64,000 nucleotides of DNA from the human T2T-CHM13v2.0 reference genome, Homo sapiens: assembly GCF_009914755.1 (NCBI RefSeq), contig NC_060937.1; one strand, written 5' to 3'. The notes under the pieces are model-generated. The model worked only from the letters and a program-made list of their open reading frames with translations. It was not told the origin of the DNA and did not search any database. Positions within the stretch are counted from its first letter, which is position 1. The number at the start of each line of letters is the position of its first letter. Shown here one piece after another: positions 57,861 to 64,000 of this stretch. Position numbers and translations under genes: made by a program.

Positions 57861-60459
57861 ACTCTCAAGAAATGTTTGTTGATGGAAGGAAAGAATGAAA
57901 AAGCCCACAAGGACACATAATTATACTGCAGTGTGATAAATGTAACACTTAATCTTCAAAATATCACTATAAAAATCTTATTCTTACTTCATAAATGTGG
58001 AAATTGAGCTTTTAGAGAATTTAGCAGGTCTCTATAAACCTTCAAAAGTCTAGAAAGTGGTGAAGTTGGGATATATATCCACGTTTACTCTAAAGCGCCC
58101 TTGGATACTTTTGCATAAAATGAGTCCCTAAGAAGGGAACTGCCTTTATAAGAGACTTTAAATTCTTTTTTATTTACCCAGTTTTGGAGATTTCTACCTA
58201 CAAGTTTTCCATAACTATTTCTTTACATTTTGTGTTGTTAACATGCCTGAATATTACATCCTTTTCAAATGGATTATTTCTATCTTTTTGCAGGATCTTT
58301 ATCTAAATCAGAGCATTAAAGCATGGTAATGCATACTTCTTCCCATTTTAAACCAAATCACTCAACAAAACTCCCATAAACATTTTAGAAGATTATTGTT
58401 ATTGGTCATTTTTACTGATACAATGGAGGGCACAAGGCATTTCTGACCAGGGTGATAATTATAAACCATTACCAGCAACTAATATAATTATAAATTCCAA
58501 AAGGTCCTCTTCCCAGAAACGCCATCTTCAATCTCTTTTGATTCCAAGTAAAGAAATCTTTATAGCAAAGAAGACAACCTGGAAAAGAAGTCCATCAACC
58601 AGCTATGTATTCAACTGATCTTGCTAGTTGCTATTCCTTTCACTGACTCATCTATTTTCTTAATAGAATTGTGTGGTTAAAGGATCAAGCACACATCTGC
58701 GGACGGCTTATTTTAGCCATCCCATTATTGAGCTCTTCCTTAGTTTAGGTATTGTTTTGTGTTGACTTCATATCAACTCATTAAGCTATTGGGTGAACTC
58801 TAATACTGTAGTACATTTTCAACACAAAAAGCTGTTGTCTCTGCCAGATATTTTATTTCTAATATCTACACAATATTTATTTTTAACTTATTTAACAGTG
58901 TTATTACAAATTGCAGCTTGCATTTCTGATTCTTTTCCCCAAATAAATCTTTGAAAATAAATCAGTATGCTATTTCCAAAGCTTACATCATACAACCCTG
59001 ACATTTGAGTGATTGAAAAAATGTGTCTTGGAAATATTTCCAGTGTCTTTTCAGTCAAAGTTTCATAACCTAGTCCCTATATGGGCAGTCGCTGACTTCT
59101 TTGCATCTTTCCTTTTTTATAAATCTACAGTTTTTTTAAGGTTCTGTAATCTGTTTTTCAATATCAAATGAGAGAAAGAAGTAAAGATGCTCTAACATGT
59201 CAAAGAATAGAATACTTTGATTATTGTCTTTCGAAGGATTTTTCTTGTCCAGGCCTTTTGGAGGAGTCAGTGGATACCAGATAGCATCCAGTGGAAATTT
59301 TTCTTTTTCTTGATTTTTTTATTACTGCATTTTCCTCTTTCCCCTTTTATATATTATTTTTTCTCCTCTCAGGAGTTTCTAATTCTTCCTTCTTTCCCAT
59401 CTAAATTATAATAATTTAGATGCCCTGGGTTTTTCTCCCTTAAACTCCATTCCGTATTTCATTCCTCTTACCTTCCTTATATCCATAACTTTAGTACCAA
59501 CATTTTATTCTAATTTGCTTACTTGTGCCCAGTTTTGTTCTGTCATTACTACAGGGATTTTCTTGCCCATTCTCTTCCTTGGTAATTTTCTATGGAGTCA
59601 TCATAGTATGCACTTTAAATTATAAGTAACTTATCAATTAGGTATTATTTGTAAAGAAACTGGAGGACAATGGCCTGGATAATGTCACAGATAATGCCAG
59701 AGCCAGGTCCAGACATTAGAATCCAGATCCAACTCTTAGTCCAAGGTTGTCTCATCCACACTGTAGGTTCCCATTCTATGAAAGGGTGAGCTGTGAGATC
59801 TTGAGCCCTAACTTTATTTTACCTTTATGTCAGTTCATAACAGTAGGCTCCATATTTAATAGGGAGGCTTATATTTAATAAGATATAAAATTTTGTCTTC
59901 AGGTCTTCCCATTTTAAGTATTATTTCCCACATGATACTGAAGAAGATGAAAGAAGATGAAAGAAGCCCAACTGCATTGGGTCAAGCGTTTGACTTAGTA
60001 AATTTTTCCAAGTTAGCATGATGATGTGCAAACCCTCCAAGATTCTTTCTTTAATAAATAGCATACCATAACTGATGATAAATGTTCAGACACTCAATCA
60101 TCTTAGGAATCAAATTGCTCTCAATTTGATGGACTTTTATTCTTTCAGTGATCAGAATATTCTCTTTTTCCCCTGGAATCATCTTATGCCAAAGAAATTT
60201 TGAAGGGTTATCTTTGGACTCAGATGGAATTAGAAGACCTCTGCTTTGTTCATTATGTCTCAGACAAGTTTAAAAATAGTACATACTTGGTTAATAAAAC
60301 TGCACTGATAAAAGAGCATATGGGTATAGTAGTGGGTTCTAGGAATAGCACTTATGTGTAACTATCTTTCCTTAACAAGGAATTATAATTTCTACATATG
60401 CAGACATATCCTGCACATTTTGGGCAATATGCTTCCACTTTTGTAAGCACATAATGTCA

Positions 60460-60684
60460 TTGAGTACACATGGACACAAAGAGGGGAACAACTGACACCA
60501 GGACCTACTTGAGGGCGGAGGGTGAGAGGAGAGCGTGAGGATTGAAAAAATACTGGGTACTATGCTCACAACCTGGGTGACAAAATCATTTGTACACCAG
60601 AACCCTGCAACATGCAGTTTACTCTTGTAACAAACCAGCACATGTACGCCCAACCTAAAATAAAAGTTGTGAAAAAAAAAAAAA
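60460..60684 (+). mobile_element. Short 5'-truncated L1PA16-like 3'UTR with poly-A
   Basis: tgggtactatgctcacaacctgggtgacaaaatcatttgtacacca...cctaaaataaaagtt; TSD-like CATRATGTCA at 60450 and 60689. Confidence 0.88.
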
Positions 60685-61364
60685 GGATCATGATGTCACA
60701 TGAAACCATGGGAACAAAACAGAATCAATTTATAATTTTAGTCAGCTATAATTCCTTAATATATTCCTGATGTTTGATTCCTAAAACATCATTAAACTGT
60801 CTGGATAGAATACAATTACTGATCTTCCCTATTTTAGGGACTGAATTCCTCATTTTAACAACAGCAACACAAATCTAATTCTCCCTCTTCTCTTGAGTTA
60901 TTGCAAAAAGATACTTTTGCAAGTACAGGGGAGAAACCTTCTTTGAACTAATTTTTGTTCTATATTTGAATATAATCAAATTGACAAGTGATGTATTTGA
61001 CTTTGTGGGCTTGGTCATCATTGAATAAACTTCTACATTACTGAAAAAAGAAATCCAGGTGGCTTTCTTCTCCCTATTTCCACAGTATCTTCAGTGGCAA
61101 GTACTTTCTTCCTTTCTGCAGTGCTCCAGCTCCAGCATACCTAATTTGGTTCAATAACAAAAATTAAATGGGTTTACCTATCTACCTAATATTTTGAAAT
61201 TGTTTGTGTACCTATATATGTGTAGGTATGTAGGATACATGTATGTAATATATAATATATATATAAAATCAATTATCAGTGAATTTTTCTGCGATCTTGG
61301 CACAAGCTTCAAGTAAAATCATACATTCTAGGCAAGTCTTGTGGCCCCATGTTTGTGGCAGAGA

Positions 61365-61445
61365 GGAGTAACCATGGGCATTTGAGGACAGACCTGGGTT
61401 GAAATCTCTTCTCTGGCACTCATAAATTAGATAGCTTTAAGCAAG
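61365..61445 (+). mobile_element. MIR 5' part (split by MLT2; resumes ~62028-62175)
   Basis: cagacctgggttgaaatc...gcaag before the LTR; gattgttgtaagg...ttcattaaatcatagctgtta after it. Confidence 0.65.
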
Positions 61446-62027
61446 TGTGATAGTTAATTTATGTGACAACTTGACTTGGCCTTGTGGTGTCCAGATATTA
61501 GCTCACACATTATTCTGGGGTTTCTGTGAAGGTGTTTTGAGATGAGCTTAACATTTAAATTGGCAGATTTAGTAAAGCAGCTTGTCTTCCATAGTGTGAG
61601 TGGGCCTTATCTGAAGGTTTGAATAGAACAAAAAGGCTGACCCTCCCTAATTAAGAGGGGTTTTCTTCTGATTGATTGATGTAGAGTTGGCACATCAAGT
61701 TTTTCCTGCCTGTAGATTTAAATGGAAACATTGGTTATTCTAACATCTTCAGCCTGCTAGACTTTGGACTGGAAGTATACCGTTGGGTTTCCTGGTTCTC
61801 AGACCTTCTAACTCAGATGAGAAGTACACCATCAGCTCTTCTGGGTCTCCAGCATGTCAACTGCAGATCTTGGGACTTGTAATCCTTCCATAAACACATA
61901 ATCACGACTTCCAACATAACACTTCCAACTTCCATAATTACATAATTATATGAACAGATTTCCTATAATCTCTCTCTCTCTGTATATCCCATTGGTTCCT
62001 TTTCTCTGGGAAGTCTTGACTAATAAA
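61446..62027 (+). mobile_element. MLT2 (B-like) ERVL solo LTR
   Basis: tgtgatagttaatttatgtgacaacttgact...gaatagaacaaaaaggctga...attggttccttttctctgg...tgactaata. Confidence 0.88.
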
Positions 62028-64000
62028 GCAGATTATTCCATTTTTTGCAACCTTGATTTCATTACATATGAAACAGTTAATATTACCCATTTGTAAGATT
62101 GTTGTAAGGTTTACGGAATCACGAGTGTAGAGCATCTTGCATAAGGTAGATATTCATTAAATCATAGCTGTTATTGTAGAGATAATTTTGCAGAACACAG
62201 AGCTTTCTTTAGACTTTCTTTTTGTTTATTTACCTTTTACTTTTTCTAAAATAAAAATAACAACTTCTGCTGCTAAGGAGAACAAACAAAATCCAAGACC
62301 CCTCTTCCCTTCTCTTAAAGTCCTAGAACATGAAGGAAATTCAGTGGGAAAGATAGATACAGAGAACTAGGGGAAGATGGCAAGATAAGCTCCCCCAATA
62401 CTTAAAAAAGCTGTTCAACAAAAACTGTGATAAATACAGGCAAATGCAAGACAAGTAAGAACAGGGAGCGGCAGTGACAAGAAACTGTGTTATAGATGTG
62501 GTCTCCCTTTTCTTTCTTTTCTCATCAGCGTATTCTAGGCCCAAGGCACAACTTGCCTGTTCTAGAAATAAGTGTTGACTCCTTTGAGTCTCCTTCTATG
62601 TTTCACGAGAGGCAGTGTATAAGGTGCAACCATTCTTTCCCACATATTTCAGAAAAGAAAGGAGACAGTGCTAACTTTGCCTTCTACACACACAGTTTGT
62701 TGAACTTGTAAGGAGAATGAAACTGAGCCAGGGGGTGTCACTGCTTCTTATCTCTTCCAAGGCAGCAGAAATACCTCCAAATCTGCATGAGGCAAGAAAG
62801 CAATCTAACTGAGATGGAGGCACCAGCCCAATCTGCCTCACAAGCTAAAGTTGTGTGGTTTATTCCAGCCATTAACACATTTTAAGAACCTTTCTTTGTG
62901 TCTTACAAAGATGGAATTTAAGGAGACATGAAGAAGGTCATGGCAGTAGGGTGGGAGGGAGGATCGAATCTGCTGTCAAGAACGATGGTATAGGTAGTTC
63001 AGAGTCACTTTGTATCAATGTCTTAGAAATATAGCTTTGAGGCACCAAAGAATAAAATTTCAGAAGCCTTTGATTCCTTGGCAGAAGATAACAGGACAGA
63101 GAGCAATCAAACGATGTTTATTAAGAGTGGGAGTCTCCACCTGTCTTCAAGAGTACCTCCTCCCCTGCCATCTGGAGGTGGCCATTGGCAGGTATTCTGC
63201 GGGGGCTGGAATTCCCTGACTGGATTGGTCCACACAAATGGCCCCTTAAACCAATAAACGAAAATGGCAAAACTTCAAAAGACCACAAAATGAAAAATAG
63301 TTCCTCTGTCATGTAAAAAATTCACAGGTTGGCTGGAAGAAGAATGGAAACTTAATGCCCTAATCTTGAAGGAGATAGTTCTAGTTAGTCCAATTATTGT
63401 TTTCATTTCAAACTTTGAAAGAACTTCCTGCAATTAACTTCCTTTTCATTTCTCAGAGTACTGTTCATATTTTGACGTTGTCCCTTTAAAAAGTTCTGGT
63501 CAAAATTATTTCTTACAACATTCTTTCACTCTAATGCCCATTGGGAATACTCTTGATTTCCATTTCCTGTCTCCCCAGGCTCTAACTTCTTTGGACTCTA
63601 CCACTTATAATTGCCAAACCTGGCCTTTCCTCTATGTAACACACATTTTTAGCCTTGGACAGCGGGAGCGGTAGTCATGAGAATTTGAGTCTTTTAGGCT
63701 TGAAGTCAGGATCCAGAGATATGGTTGTAAGTTGTAAGTAGGTGAGCTATTTTGGGTCAGATGGGTTATGTCAGATACTGAGTGGAGGGCTATGCACTAT
63801 TAATTCCTCTGAGTTGTGCTCTTTTGCAGTCAAATTTTTTCTTTATCTTTCTTGACCACTCCTCCCTTACCACGGCAAGGACACACACAATTTTCTATTC
63901 TGCCATTTTTTTTGCTAACTTGTCATGTTATGTGTATATGTGCAGCAATGTTGTGCTATGAGTCATCTTTTGACAAGTTCTCAACCTCTCTTCTTCCATT

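Overview
This is AT-rich primate, most likely human, non-coding genomic DNA (intronic or intergenic). It is dominated by interspersed repeats: Alu J/S, L1PA/PB/MA/MC, L2, MIR, MaLR and ERVL LTRs, MER39, a solo LTR12C, and MER5, Tigger4 and MADE1 DNA transposons. I find no credible host protein-coding exon, RNA gene or CRISPR array. The ORFs I can assign are Alu, L1, L2, LTR or microsatellite read-throughs, and the rest look like chance ORFs. The most notable structures are: (1) a TSD-flanked L1MA-type element whose tandem-repeat 5'UTR is joined directly to ORF2, with ORF1 absent and four nested insertions; (2) an intact CpG-rich solo LTR12C promoter with a 4-bp TSD; (3) a ~4.6 kb ERVL gag-pol relic; (4) a probable two-LTR MLT1 provirus; (5) an 80-bp MADE1 hairpin; (6) a 322-bp uninterrupted purine/pyrimidine-alternating tract. 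I see no evidence of a new biological system. Subfamily names come from recalled consensus motifs and need RepeatMasker/Dfam confirmation. Boundaries of old repeats are approximate.
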